Shown here: in pieces, positions 10,390 through 21,541 of the stretch
Numbering within the stretch: position 1 is the first letter of the stretch
How the letters are laid out: every line of letters starts with the position of its first letter
NCBI GenBank assembly: GCA_963714275.1
Contig: CAVQNT010000002.1
Coordinates: forward strand, 384,001-448,000
Direction of reading: 5' to 3'
Length of the DNA: 64,000 nt
Source of the DNA: Candidatus Bathyarchaeota archaeon
GTDB taxonomy: Archaea; Thermoproteota; Bathyarchaeia; Bathyarchaeales; DTEX01
Notes under the pieces: model-generated
Database searches by the model: none
What the model saw: only the letters and a program-made list of their open reading frames with translations
Told to the model about the DNA's origin: nothing
Program-made: the position numbers and the translations under genes

Positions 10390-10542
10390 ATAATCACCTT
10401 GAACGTCGACTCATTTTTTCTCCAACTCCTTAATCCTCTTTTCCTTCAACTCCACCCTCAAAAGAGTTTCTATAAGCTCCTTCATAGTCATTATATTCTT
10501 TATGGCACATATTTTTCCTTTCGTCCACAGGTCTTCACTAGC

Positions 10543-10582
10543 TTAATTTAATATAAAAGGCGATTAGTAAACCAGTGGCACC
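10543..10582 (+). repeat. About 38-40 bp imperfect direct repeat, copy 2
   Basis: ttaatttaat-N13-agtaaaccagtggcacc. Confidence 0.6.
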
Positions 10583-10659
10583 CAGTAGACGGTCCTTTCG
10601 CACGCGCTATACAAAGAGCCAGTTATGGTTATTTTATCCCTATTTTTTTAAATAGCTGG

Positions 10660-11808
10660 CTAATTATTGAGGAACCTCCGAAGGCTGCCTGCGACAAACT
10701 CAATTAGAGTCTTGGGAAGTTCGTATATAGTTCTTGCCATAAAGGTCTTATAGTCTTGTTCACTTTTGGAAATGTCGTAAAGCAATCGGGAATAAGTGCT
10801 GCTTCGAGAAGCGAGAATAACTGAGAGTTCGATCATTAGGGGGTTGTAAAACATGTCTCTCTGTTTGCAGCCTTCCATTAGGTCATTACCATATTCTCGT
10901 CTCCAAAGATCATCATAGGATAATATGTTATTTCTAATTATTGTCTCAGCAGCTAACTTTCCCGACCATAATGCATATAAAACGCCCTCACCAGTTATTG
11001 GGTCAACATGCCCTGCGGCGTCTCCAATCAGAATCCAATTTTCTCCAGCACATGGGAGCTTGAAGAAGTTTGGGTCTTTTGCCGAAGGGAGCATGGCAGC
11101 AAATTGCGAGATAACTTTTATTTTTAGACCATAAGAGCGAATAAAATCATCAAGAATTCCCTTCAGAATACTTCCATATCTTAGCTCGCTACCTATACCT
11201 ATACTTGAATGATCGTCTCTTGGGAAGATCCAGATGTAACCAGGTATTCCATCCAAAAACTTCATTGTCGCATATTCTTTTTCAGCGCCTATCGCAAAGT
11301 ATCCATAACCTATTCCGAGATTTTCCCGCGATATGGATCCAACTGTTTTCTTGCGAACAATGCTGTTAACTCCGTCAGCTCCCACAAGTATTTTTGCCTT
11401 CATCAGCCTCTTCTCAGTCTTAATTTCCCAAAAACCTTGTTTCTTTTCGATTTCTGTAACTTTCTCTTTGATCAGTTTTGCACCATTTCCTATCGCCATG
11501 TTCAAAATGCCTTCATCCAAATAGCGTCTCGAAATAATGAATCCTTTTCTTTTACCCTTTGCAATGACTTCTCTGTTCTTTGGAGAGATTATTTTAAAAT
11601 CAGCAGAAATACTTCCCTTTGAAGGAAATTGTTCGATGAACGGAAACTTCTCTATAACCAAAGGCGAAATTCCACCGCCGCAAGGCTTCTCCCTTGGATG
11701 AGAATTGTCAAAAATTATGGAATTAACCCCTTTTGTTGCTAGCTCATAAGCACAATTAGCACCTGCAAGCCCGCCACCAATAATAGCAACAGCCTCGATA
11801 TTTTCCAC
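10660..11808 (-). CDS. Geranylgeranyl reductase-family FAD oxidoreductase
   Basis: GGGLAG, KPCGGG, GADG, YIWIFP, GDAAGHVDPITGEG. Confidence 0.88.
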   Translation of the reverse strand: MENIEAVAIIGGGLAGANCAYELATKGVNSIIFDNSHPREKPCGGGISPLVIEKFPFIEQFPSKGSISADFKIISPKNREVIAKGKRKGFIISRRYLDEGILNMAIGNGAKLIKEKVTEIEKKQGFWEIKTEKRLMKAKILVGADGVNSIVRKKTVGSISRENLGIGYGYFAIGAEKEYATMKFLDGIPGYIWIFPRDDHSSIGIGSELRYGSILKGILDDFIRSYGLKIKVISQFAAMLPSAKDPNFFKLPCAGENWILIGDAAGHVDPITGEGVLYALWSGKLAAETIIRNNILSYDDLWRREYGNDLMEGCKQRDMFYNPLMIELSVILASRSSTYSRLLYDISKSEQDYKTFMARTIYELPKTLIEFVAGSLRRFLNN

Positions 11809-11941
11809 AAATCTAACTCACGTTCTAAATATTTAAAATAATCAAATGTGCAAGAACGCTAGAATCGCTATGATAAAATATTCTCCATCAACTATCACGT
11901 CAGCAAGAAAAACATGTCTTCGATGAGCTCAGCTAGCTGAC

Positions 11942-12289
11942 TTCCTGGGGGGAGATAAATTAACTGGCGTAAGACTCGAATCCGTTGATGGGAAGGATCG
12001 ATATGATCTAAATGTTGACGGAGTTTTTTTGGAGATTGGTCTAACACCAAACTCTGATCCATTAAAGAGTCTGGTTGAGCTTAATCAGGTAGGTGAAGTT
12101 CCTGTTAAAAAAGACCAGTCTACAAGCGTGAAAGGTTTGTTTGCTGCAGGGGATGTTACTGACGTTGAAGAGAAGCAGATATCTATTGCTGTTGGTCAAG
12201 GCGCTTTGGCTGCCCTCACAGCACACAAATATCTTGTTCAGAATAAATTTTCAAAGAGTGAAAATGGTTTAAGAGAGTCTTGGCAGTAG
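11942..12289 (+). pseudogene. trxB: C-terminal fragment of thioredoxin reductase
   Basis: FLGGDKLTGVRL...VDGVFLEIGLTPNS...TSVKGLFAAGDVT..KQISIAVGQG; 5' two-thirds absent, in-frame stop at 11924. Confidence 0.85.
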
Positions 12290-12506
12290 TTAACAACTTC
12301 ATCCAGAAAATAATCAATCGATTCAAAAAAGGCAGAAGCCTAATTTCATTATGTAACAAAGAGAAGGAAAAATGGAGAAAAGACTGAAAATAGGGTTTTT
12401 ATTAGGATCTTGAGAAAGTCTAGTTTTGGAGTCATAAGCTGATACAATTATCCGAATGAAAATTTATATATGAATCCAAGGCAAATTATGGGCTGAGAAA
12501 AAAGAA

Positions 12507-12872
12507 ATGGCTCTTTTCGATAGTAAAGAACTTAAATATGCTTGGAAAGCGAAGTATCTTAGCGGTCATTCTTCTTTTCCCAAATCCATGAATGTTCATA
12601 TAATTATGATGCCTGATTTCCTAGAGATTCCAGAATTTCCCTTACAGATTCCTTATGAGATGGTTCATAATGTTCAGTCATTGAGTCAAGAAAAAATCGC
12701 ATCTTTAGGTCTTTTACATGGGGGACTAGCTTCTTTATTGAAAAGGAAAAAGGTATATATGGTTTTGACTTTTGATGATGATACAGCTATTGAACAAAAT
12801 CTTGTCTTTGATGTGGAAAAAATTGAGGAAATACAACCATTATTGTATCACAAAATAATGAAGCATGAATAA
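12507..12872 (+). CDS. Hypothetical protein
   Basis: 121-aa ORF with upstream TTTATATA. Confidence 0.6.
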   Translation: MALFDSKELKYAWKAKYLSGHSSFPKSMNVHIIMMPDFLEIPEFPLQIPYEMVHNVQSLSQEKIASLGLLHGGLASLLKRKKVYMVLTFDDDTAIEQNLVFDVEKIEEIQPLLYHKIMKHE

Positions 12873-12925
12873 AATCTTGTATACCTTTTTTGAAGAAGCT
12901 CAGCTAGAGAAGTCAAAGTTGCTAG

Positions 12926-13432
12926 CTAATGAGCTAATGTTTTTATTATTTGCGAGATTGTTTCAGCGATCCTTGAGAATGTCTTTGAACTCGTATTAAT
13001 TGTAAAATCGTAGTTTATTATATTAAGGCAGTCTGTATTAAGTAATCTTTGGATTAGATGATTTCTTTCTATATCGCTCTTTATGACATCTTCCCTTGCT
13101 TTTTCAGCAGATACTCCTCTTCTTTGGGCTACATGTTTGATTCTTTCTTCAAGTGGGGCAGAAAGAAAGATTTTTATCACATCTTTTTTATCAAGAAGCA
13201 TGAAGGCCGATCTGCCTTCGATTATAACATTGTCTCTCTTGAGGATCTCTTCAAGTTTACTTTTTATAACAGTGTCTAAGTCGATTTCACCAGATATGCC
13301 AAAAGATTTGAGATCCTTTATACTCTCAATAATAACACTTGTATTGAAAGTGTCCAATCCGAATTTGGAAGCAAGTATCTCAGCTACCTCAGTACAACCT
13401 GAGCCAAGATATCCACATAATGCTATTCTCAC
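12926..13432 (-). CDS. Cytidylate kinase-like protein
   Basis: GYLGSGCT P-loop variant, IIEGR, KIFLSAPLEERI, YDFTINTS. Confidence 0.8.
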   Translation of the reverse strand: MRIALCGYLGSGCTEVAEILASKFGLDTFNTSVIIESIKDLKSFGISGEIDLDTVIKSKLEEILKRDNVIIEGRSAFMLLDKKDVIKIFLSAPLEERIKHVAQRRGVSAEKAREDVIKSDIERNHLIQRLLNTDCLNIINYDFTINTSSKTFSRIAETISQIIKTLAH

Positions 13433-13558
13433 GAAATCACCATTCTTCTGATATGTTCAATTTTGAATATAAGTTTGTTTGATCTTAACTGTACCAGTCA
13501 ATCTTCAAAAATAACAGAAGTATAAGCTATTACAATAATATGTCTAAAAGAATCCATG

Positions 13559-13822
13559 TTATCGCTTAAACTCTTCTACGAATTTCTGAGCTAAGTATTC
13601 GTGTTCTCTGCTTTCTACTATAACTTCAAAGGCATCATCTTCTTGAGAGAGGGATACCATGACATAGTCTGTATACATCTCGCCAAAGATTACACAACAA
13701 GAACCACGATCAGTCCTTTTCAAACCCGTGTTCTTTTCGAAGAATTGAACAGCCTTATCCAAAATCTCCTTCTGACCTTTCTTAGTCTTGAATGAAAGTT
13801 TTATCATAATCCACACAATCAC
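13559..13822 (-). CDS. Hypothetical protein
   Basis: 87-aa ORF with plausible composition. Confidence 0.55.
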   Translation of the reverse strand: MIVWIMIKLSFKTKKGQKEILDKAVQFFEKNTGLKRTDRGSCCVIFGEMYTDYVMVSLSQEDDAFEVIVESREHEYLAQKFVEEFKR

Positions 13823-13980
13823 ATAAAAAATACATAGACTTCCATATAAAAGTCTGCTAAGAGAATAGTGTAAATAATGTTTCTTGGTCGAAAGCCATAT
13901 TATAAAATGAAAAAAAGTTAAAAATAATCAGGCACACAGTAATATTTTAAGGTAAATCGCTTCGTTTCCCTCTCTCTAGC

Positions 13981-14568
13981 TTACTTCTTGCCATGAAATA
14001 ATTCGCTGCCTGCACCAGGATAGATTACTCTCTTCGATTTAGGAGTAGGTTTAGTGACTTTTGGCCACTTGTCCAGAAGCGGTTCTGATCCTTCAAGGGT
14101 TACCTTTGAGGGACTGACGTCTGCAATTGTAGGAGTTCTTCGCACATCTTTGTCTTCAACATTGGCACTGAACTCAATAGGGATTCCATTGGGATCAAAG
14201 GCATAAATTGAATGAATGAATCCATGGTCAATAACGTCTGAAACATCAAAACCAGCTGCTTCAAGCCTGTCTTTCAATTCCCACAGTTCGTTTTCAGTTT
14301 CCACCCCAAATGAAACGTGATCAAAGATAAAAGGTCCTTTCACAGGTCTTCCATGGTCCTTTTTTGGCACGGGCGTCACTCCTGGCCACTCAAAAAAGGC
14401 TACTAGATCTTTCTCCGAGAGCTGGAAAAAGTAGTGTCTGTAGCCAGGTCCACCTAGACCTGCCACCAGCCTCATACCTAAGAGATCTCTCCAGAAACGA
14501 ATAGTGCTGTCCATGTTGCCTGTTGCCATAGCAAGGTGATTAACGCCGTTAAATTTTACCACGGTCAT
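13981..14568 (-). CDS. VOC/glyoxalase family protein
   Basis: GVNHLAM..., FDHVSFGV, SIYAFDPNGIPIEF. Confidence 0.9.
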   Translation of the reverse strand: MTVVKFNGVNHLAMATGNMDSTIRFWRDLLGMRLVAGLGGPGYRHYFFQLSEKDLVAFFEWPGVTPVPKKDHGRPVKGPFIFDHVSFGVETENELWELKDRLEAAGFDVSDVIDHGFIHSIYAFDPNGIPIEFSANVEDKDVRRTPTIADVSPSKVTLEGSEPLLDKWPKVTKPTPKSKRVIYPGAGSELFHGKK

Positions 14569-14673
14569 ACCTCATTACCTATAGGTCTCAATAGACTATT
14601 AAGAGATTTTTTTCAGTCATGATACCAAATATTCATCGAAAGCTCACTCAGCTTTGGTTACACTAAATTCACA

Positions 14674-15563
<890 letters not shown>

Positions 15564-15689
15564 ACCTGATTCCTCTTTAAAGATGTTTTATTTGGATTAT
15601 GTTTTTTTATGGGGTAACATGATAATATATTTTGTCTTTAAGAAAAAATGTTTAGGAAATAATTCTTTACCATTTCCCTGTTGATTAGA

Positions 15690-16151
15690 TTAAAGAGTTT
15701 TCAGTTCATCAAGCGCTTTTAGAACTTCTTTAGAGTGTCGTTTCACATCGACCTTCGGAAAAATATGCGTTATCTTCCCATCTTTGTTGATGATGAAGGT
15801 AAATCTTTTTGCGAGAACCCCTCCAACTCCAAGCACATTATAGGCTTTAGCAACTTCCTTTTTATTATCGCTGAGAATTGTAAATGGTAAATTGTATTTT
15901 TCAGAAAATTTTAAATGCGATTCGACACTGTCAAGACTAACTCCTATTACAACTGCACCTTTATCTTGATAGGGCTTGTAATTATCCCTGAAACTACACG
16001 CCTCTGCAGTGCAACCTGACGTGAAGTCTTTCGGATAAAAGTATAGAACCACGACTTTTTTTCCAAGATAGTCTTTCAGACTTGCCGGTAGGCCATGTTC
16101 GTCCAACAGTGAGAAATCGGGTGCTTTATCTCCGACCTTAAGCTCAACCAT
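15690..16151 (-). CDS. bcp: Peroxiredoxin, BCP/PrxQ type
   Basis: YFYPKDFTSGCTAEACSFRD. Confidence 0.92.
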   Translation of the reverse strand: MVELKVGDKAPDFSLLDEHGLPASLKDYLGKKVVVLYFYPKDFTSGCTAEACSFRDNYKPYQDKGAVVIGVSLDSVESHLKFSEKYNLPFTILSDNKKEVAKAYNVLGVGGVLAKRFTFIINKDGKITHIFPKVDVKRHSKEVLKALDELKTL

Positions 16152-16497
16152 AATATTCGACCCGACAGAGAATAATTTCTAATATGCATTTAGGTGTTTC
16201 GATTGCCATTGGTAATGTATGATCTTATTATGTCAGGTTTGGTTTGATTAAAAATTAAAAAACCTAGACCGTTTTTACAAGCATTTTTCTAATCTCTTAT
16301 GATTATTCTAGGCGAACTTTCCTGAGACTTTTTGCTGCAATCCAGTTAGCAGCGAGGTGAGTCAGATGCACCAAAAGAGAATCTTGTAAGAGTTGCATGT
16401 AGGGGAAGAAAGAGCAAGTTATAGAAGCTTGCGCCATCACAGATGAAGCCTTAGAGAATATAAGAACTTGATTTTTTCCATAGTGCGCTATTGATGT

Positions 16498-16827
16498 TTA
16501 TTTAAGCATATTTCCTTCTTCGCGCAATGTTGTGCAGAGTCTGCAGAAGTTAATCATAACTTCATTGGTATCTATTTTCTCAGTTGCTATTCGTTTAGCT
16601 ATCTCGTTTGCTAACGATTGAATTCTTGGTAGAAAAAGCTCGAATTGCTCTATGCCTTTATATCCGCGTTTCAAATGAAGATACTGGCTTATGGCAGCTT
16701 GAGTTGTACCAAGCCTCTCTGCAGCCTCTACCTGCGTGAAACCGTACTTTTCAATAAGGTCCTTTGCGACCAGAGATCTAAAAATGGGCAGAACATATCG
16801 CGCAATAATTTCGCATGCAAAATTCAT
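16498..16827 (-). CDS. Archaeal HTH transcriptional regulator (COG2522-like)
   Basis: CEIIARYVLP..R...GFTQVEAAERLGTTQAAISQY...KRG; C-terminal CxxC. Confidence 0.85.
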   Translation of the reverse strand: MNFACEIIARYVLPIFRSLVAKDLIEKYGFTQVEAAERLGTTQAAISQYLHLKRGYKGIEQFELFLPRIQSLANEIAKRIATEKIDTNEVMINFCRLCTTLREEGNMLK

Positions 16828-17306
16828 CTTTCATCCAAAAAATATAACGTACTTATACTTATAAATGTGAGTAGGGTAGCCCACTTTGCGATGTCAGGTT
16901 TACGGAAGACTCATATATAGAAAACATGTGACTGGGAAGACCTGCTGTGCAAACAAACTTTATATCTTCTTTTCCGAGGACTGCAGGAGATGATGGAATC
17001 AACGCTTGCCTAGAAAGCAGATGTAAATTAGATATTCAATTAATTATCGAACAAAGAGACATCAACATTTTCTCCTAATGTCCTTAATTAGTCTGCGATA
17101 TCGCAGATAATTCTGAATTCCGTCATGATCGTATTTCCATTTACACGCCTAATACTCCTTGGCTTCGCAACATCTGCACTTGAAATCGTATTTACCTTTA
17201 ATAGCATCCATAGCCCAAACCCAATCCCGTAAAGCTTTTCACACCTAGAAATAGGTATTATTAGTCTTTTAGAAAAAATGGGGAATAAGAAGGGCGTGTC
17301 TTCGTT

Positions 17307-17462
17307 TTACTTTTTGGCTTTGGGTTTTGCTTCTTTTTTGACTTCTTTCATTGGAGTGTCACAGCACACTAAATCACATTCAGAACATCCGCATGTTTCG
17401 TCAACTAATACGACGATTCCACATTCTTCACACTCATATCTGGCGCCTTTGTTTTTTGCCAT
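17307..17462 (-). CDS. Desulforedoxin-like small Cys-rich protein (51 aa)
   Basis: MAKNKGARYECEECGIVVLVDETCGCSECDLVCCDTPMKEV...; CxxC...CC-x-x-PM. Not in ORF track. Confidence 0.75.
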   Translation of the reverse strand: MAKNKGARYECEECGIVVLVDETCGCSECDLVCCDTPMKEVKKEAKPKAKK

Positions 17463-17787
17463 ATTTATCCCTCTAATAATAATATTGATGATGTGAGCTT
17501 AATATGTGTGCCTAGAATTGATGTATCACAAGGGTGAATCTCAAAGAAATAGTGAGCTGACTGATGTAGTCATCGATCGAGGCCTCAGAACATGGCGTTA
17601 TATGCTTGGGCAGTTTTGAAACATTTAATGGTTGTGGAATATGCGGGAAAAAATTAACAAATGAATGAAATAGATTTTTATTGAAAAAAATATTATAAAT
17701 AATTATGAATTTAATGCCCCGTTTAAGAATACCTCTTAGAATAATTCCTATTTCTGAACAATCACCAGAATTCTGGAAGTCATTCTT

Positions 17788-19162
17788 ATGAAAATCAAAA
17801 CCATCAAGTCCGAGGGCCTTGCACACAACAGTTACTATATCTCAGACGAAAACGAAGTAGCCATAATTGACCCACGTCGTGACAGCCTCATTTATCACAC
17901 TATGGCACAGCAAGAATGCACAAAAATAAATTACATCTTTGAAACCCACAGAAACGAAGACTACATAACAGGCTCACTCGAGTGACAAAATACAACAGGC
18001 GCCGAGATTTGCCACAGTAAAGAGTCTGTCATTCAAATATGGCGAACACAACCTATCTGACGCTGAAATCCTTCACATCGGCAAATTGAAAATCGAAGCG
18101 CTTTACACTCCAGGCCACACCAACGAATCAATGTGCTATGCAGTCTATGCCCCTGAAAGTCGCAAAGAGCCCCTGTTTATTTTCACAGGTGACACTTTGT
18201 TCGTCGGCTCAGTCGGACGTACAGACCTCTATGGTAAAACTAAACAGCCAGTCCAAGCTGAAAAACTGTATCACAGCATACACGAAAAACTCCTATCGCT
18301 AGGTGATGGTTCAATTATCTATCCTAGCCACGGCGCCGGCAGCATTTGTGGAAACATAATCAGCGATCGAGAATATAGCACGATAGGCTACGAAAGAAAA
18401 TTCAACTCTTACTTGCGGCTAAATAAGGACGAGTTCATTAAAAAGGCAGAAAACGAAGAGTTCCTTATACCACCATACTTCAAGAAAATGGAAGAATATA
18501 ACCTGAATGGTCCTCCTCTCTTAAAGAATCTTAAAGCTCCGAGAGCATTGAATTTAAAAGATTTCGAGTTGGAAGCAAACCAAGCCAACACTATCATCGT
18601 AGATACACGAATGCCTTACGCCTTTGCAGGCTCTTTTATTCCAGGCTCACTCAACCTCTGGCTAGATGGAACCAGCATATACCCAGGTTGGATACTCAAC
18701 TACGGGCAACGTCTCCTGTTTATACACGAACGACAAAAAGACATGAAGTTGACAGCCACACACTTCTGGAGACTAGGATTTGACTGCATGATAGGCTTTC
18801 TTTGTTCTGGCATAAACGAATGGCAAGAAGAAGGAAAAACCATAAGTAGCTTGGGCACTTTGTCCGCTTCCGAACTCAGAACCAAGTTGATAACAAAAGA
18901 ATTGACTGTACTAGATGTCCGAGAACCAAGTGAATGGAAAGAAGGGTACATAGAAGGTTCGAACCGCATATACTTCGGTCACTTGGCAAACAAAACTAAT
19001 TCACTTACAAAAAATAAGCCTATAGCAATAGTTTGCTCGGTAGGAAATAGGGCCAGCGTAGCCGCAAGTATATTAATTAGACAAGGTTTTAAAAACGTCC
19101 AAAACGTATTAGGAGGAATGACCTCCTGGAACAGTTTAGGCTACCCAATAAAGACAGACTAA
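17788..19162 (+). CDS. MBL-fold hydrolase fused to two rhodanese domains (in-frame TGA and frameshift)
   Basis: ETHRNEDY, TPGHT, TGDTLF, HGAGS, LDVREPSEW, CSVGNRAS. Confidence 0.88.
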
Positions 19163-19289
19163 TTCTCTTGTTCGACGACTTTTAGCTCAGCTCAGCTAAG
19201 CCTCAATGATGATCTATGAAAAAGAGTCAAGTAAAGTTCATGAATATGATTAAATACAATTATCACTAAAAAAATTAATATTATCCTTA

Positions 19290-19375
19290 GCTTTGGCTTA
19301 TTGTCCCGTTCATGCCTAAGGTACTTGGCGAACAGCAGGGCTTCCTCATTAATCAAAGTTTCAAGAGTCTGTCTA
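19290..19375 (-). pseudogene. Orphan 3' end of a probable Cas1-solo gene (copy 2)
   Basis: RQTLETLINEEALLFAKYLRHER, homologous to 7132-7239. Confidence 0.6.
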
Positions 19376-19450
19376 GACTTCAAGTTGAACAACACTTTTA
19401 TACTAAATTAGCGAAAAAGGCACGAGACAACCCATAGGATACTGATATTC

Positions 19451-20114
19451 ATGGCCAAGAATGCTAAGATAAAGGTAACTAAGGATGGTCCATACCTCGT
19501 CACAGGTGGCATTCCTCTATTACGAATGATCATAGAGACCGATAGCTACGGTGACCCCTGTATATGGCGAGAGGTTCAGAGATATCCTCAGCGAGAAAGC
19601 TATGCCCTCTGCCGCTGTGGAAAATCCAATAAACAAGCCATATTGCGATGGTGCTCACACAATGCAACGGTTCAATGGCACTGAAACAGCCAGTAGTGAA
19701 CTCTACCTCGAAAACGTGAAGGAGTACCTTGGCCCAGAGCTTAAGCTTACGGATAAACCGGAGCTTTGCGTCGGTGCAGGTTTCTGCGTCCGTGACGCAG
19801 GTATCTGGAATCTCACAGTTCACAGTGATAGACCCGGTTTCAAGGAGATTGCCATAGAGGAAGCAGCTAACTGCCCATCCGGACGGCTCGTTGTCTGGGA
19901 TAAACAGGGTAACCCGATAGAACCAGATTATGAGCCTAGCATTGTTGTCACTGAGCACGAGGACGGTTCACCCGGTCCTCTCTGGATTCGCGGAGAAGTC
20001 GAGATCGAATCCGTGGATGGCATAATATATGAGAAGCGAAACCGCGTTACTCTATGCAGATGCGGTAAGTCCCTAAACAAGCCCCTTTGCGACGGCTCCC
20101 ATTTCGACATATGA
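19451..20114 (+). CDS. CDGSH iron-sulfur domain protein (frameshifted)
   Basis: LCRCGKS...PYCDGAH; central CVGAGFC...CPSG; LCRCGKSLNKPLCDGSH. Confidence 0.9.
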
Positions 20115-20164
20115 TAGCACGCGCGCGCCTTTCATGTTCAATTAGTTCCAGCTGCTTGCAAAAC

Positions 20165-20368
20165 CTATGCGTCCTTTATCGTCTTCTTCATATCTTCCTT
20201 GCTATGCTTTAGGAACTCAGGATGATGGTTTTTTGCATGAAGCATAATATGGTCTAATACGTCGTTCTCTCCCCAGGGCGACTTCACAGTCCAACCGCAA
20301 TCAGGGCAGGTCGTCGTCTTCATCTTACCTTTATTCATAAGATCACCTCCATTCCGAACTACAACCAA
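20165..20368 (-). CDS. DUF1059-like small metal-binding protein
   Basis: CPDCGW...HAKNHH...IKD; likely start at 20338. Confidence 0.7.
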   Translation of the reverse strand: MVVVRNGGDLMNKGKMKTTTCPDCGWTVKSPWGENDVLDHIMLHAKNHHPEFLKHSKEDMKKTIKDA

Positions 20369-20395
20369 TCAGCGCGCGCACAGTTTTCATCGCGT

Positions 20396-20683
20396 CTACT
20401 TTTGAATTCCTATTTTCTTGGCCCAGGCAACAAGTTCTGAGAACTTCAGTACTGGAGTTATCGTTACTTCTCCTACAAGCCTTAATGGCTCAACCGCATT
20501 GTTGAGAGCTGTATTATCGTCTGTTTCTAGAACAAAATAGTAAACATGACCTGGTGCATCCGTATATCCTGCTATTTCTTTAACTCCAGATTTTTTCATG
20601 CTCTCTTCGATTTTTACTGTGAATTCTTTATCGGGTCGTACAACTCCTCCAGGACACAACTCAGACTGAATGTCTAGCAACAA
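20396..20683 (-). CDS. Hypothetical protein (dimeric alpha/beta barrel-like)
   Basis: SELCP...PGHVYYFVLETDD...ITPV; the start region may be frameshifted. Confidence 0.6.
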   Translation of the reverse strand: MLLDIQSELCPGGVVRPDKEFTVKIEESMKKSGVKEIAGYTDAPGHVYYFVLETDDNTALNNAVEPLRLVGEVTITPVLKFSELVAWAKKIGIQK

Positions 20684-20894
20684 TCATGAACAGCAAACCA
20701 AATCACCTCATAGTGAAATAATATACCCGTCATTTAAGTTTTTGTGATTGCACTGGCACAGTTACATGCGTTCTTATAATCGAGTCCCGATTGTGTGATA
20801 AAGGGCTAGGAAATTTTAAGACTAATATTAGGAAATATCGTTATTTTTATATGGAGTTGTTTAGTAAGACTAGAGCAAACAAGCCGGTGAAGTT

Positions 20895-21424
20895 ATGGTG
20901 AATTCTATTCTTGAGGTAATAAGAAAGAGAAGAAGCGTGATAAGATTCGAAAGTACAACCGTGTCTGATGAACAGATTCAAGAAATTTTAGAGGCTGGAA
21001 GATGGGCTCCATCTTGGCTTAACAGTCAACCTTGGAGGTTCATATTAATAAAAGACAAAGAGACTAAAGAAAAAATCAGTGACCTTGCCCCAACAATTTA
21101 TAAATTAGGAATGATGGACGCACCTGTTTGCATTGCAATATACGTCGATCCTAAAGAAGATCCATACCATTTTGTGGAAGACGGTGCAGCCGCCACACAA
21201 AACATGGCACTAGCTGCATACAGTCTAGGATTGGGATCAGCTGGATAGGAATCTTCAACCTAAAAAACGAAAAAAATTCAGCTGAAAATAAAATAAAAGA
21301 AATCCTAAATATACCTAAAAGTTGCAGAATAATTTCGATTATGCCTATCGGAGTTCCTAAATACTCTAAAGAAAAGGAAAGAAAGAAGATTTCAGATCTT
21401 GTTTTTCATAATAATGTCAAGTAA
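20895..21424 (+). CDS. Nitroreductase family protein (frameshifted)
   Basis: RRSVIRF, APSWLNSQPWRF, ATQNMALAAYSLGLGS; continues to PIGVP in another frame. Confidence 0.9.
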
Positions 21425-21541
21425 TTGATTCAACATTTTCCTTCAGATCGAGTTTTAAACCAGTACTTCCCAAGTATGTCTACGAGAACTCCACTGTTTC
21501 AGAGAGTATTAGGCTTTGCACTTGCTACGCCTATTCTCTCA

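Noticed and set aside
17983-17985. In-frame TGA as selenocysteine
   Set aside because: The context GSLE*QNTTGA is not a Cys position; a TTA-to-TGA error or nonsense mutation is more likely.
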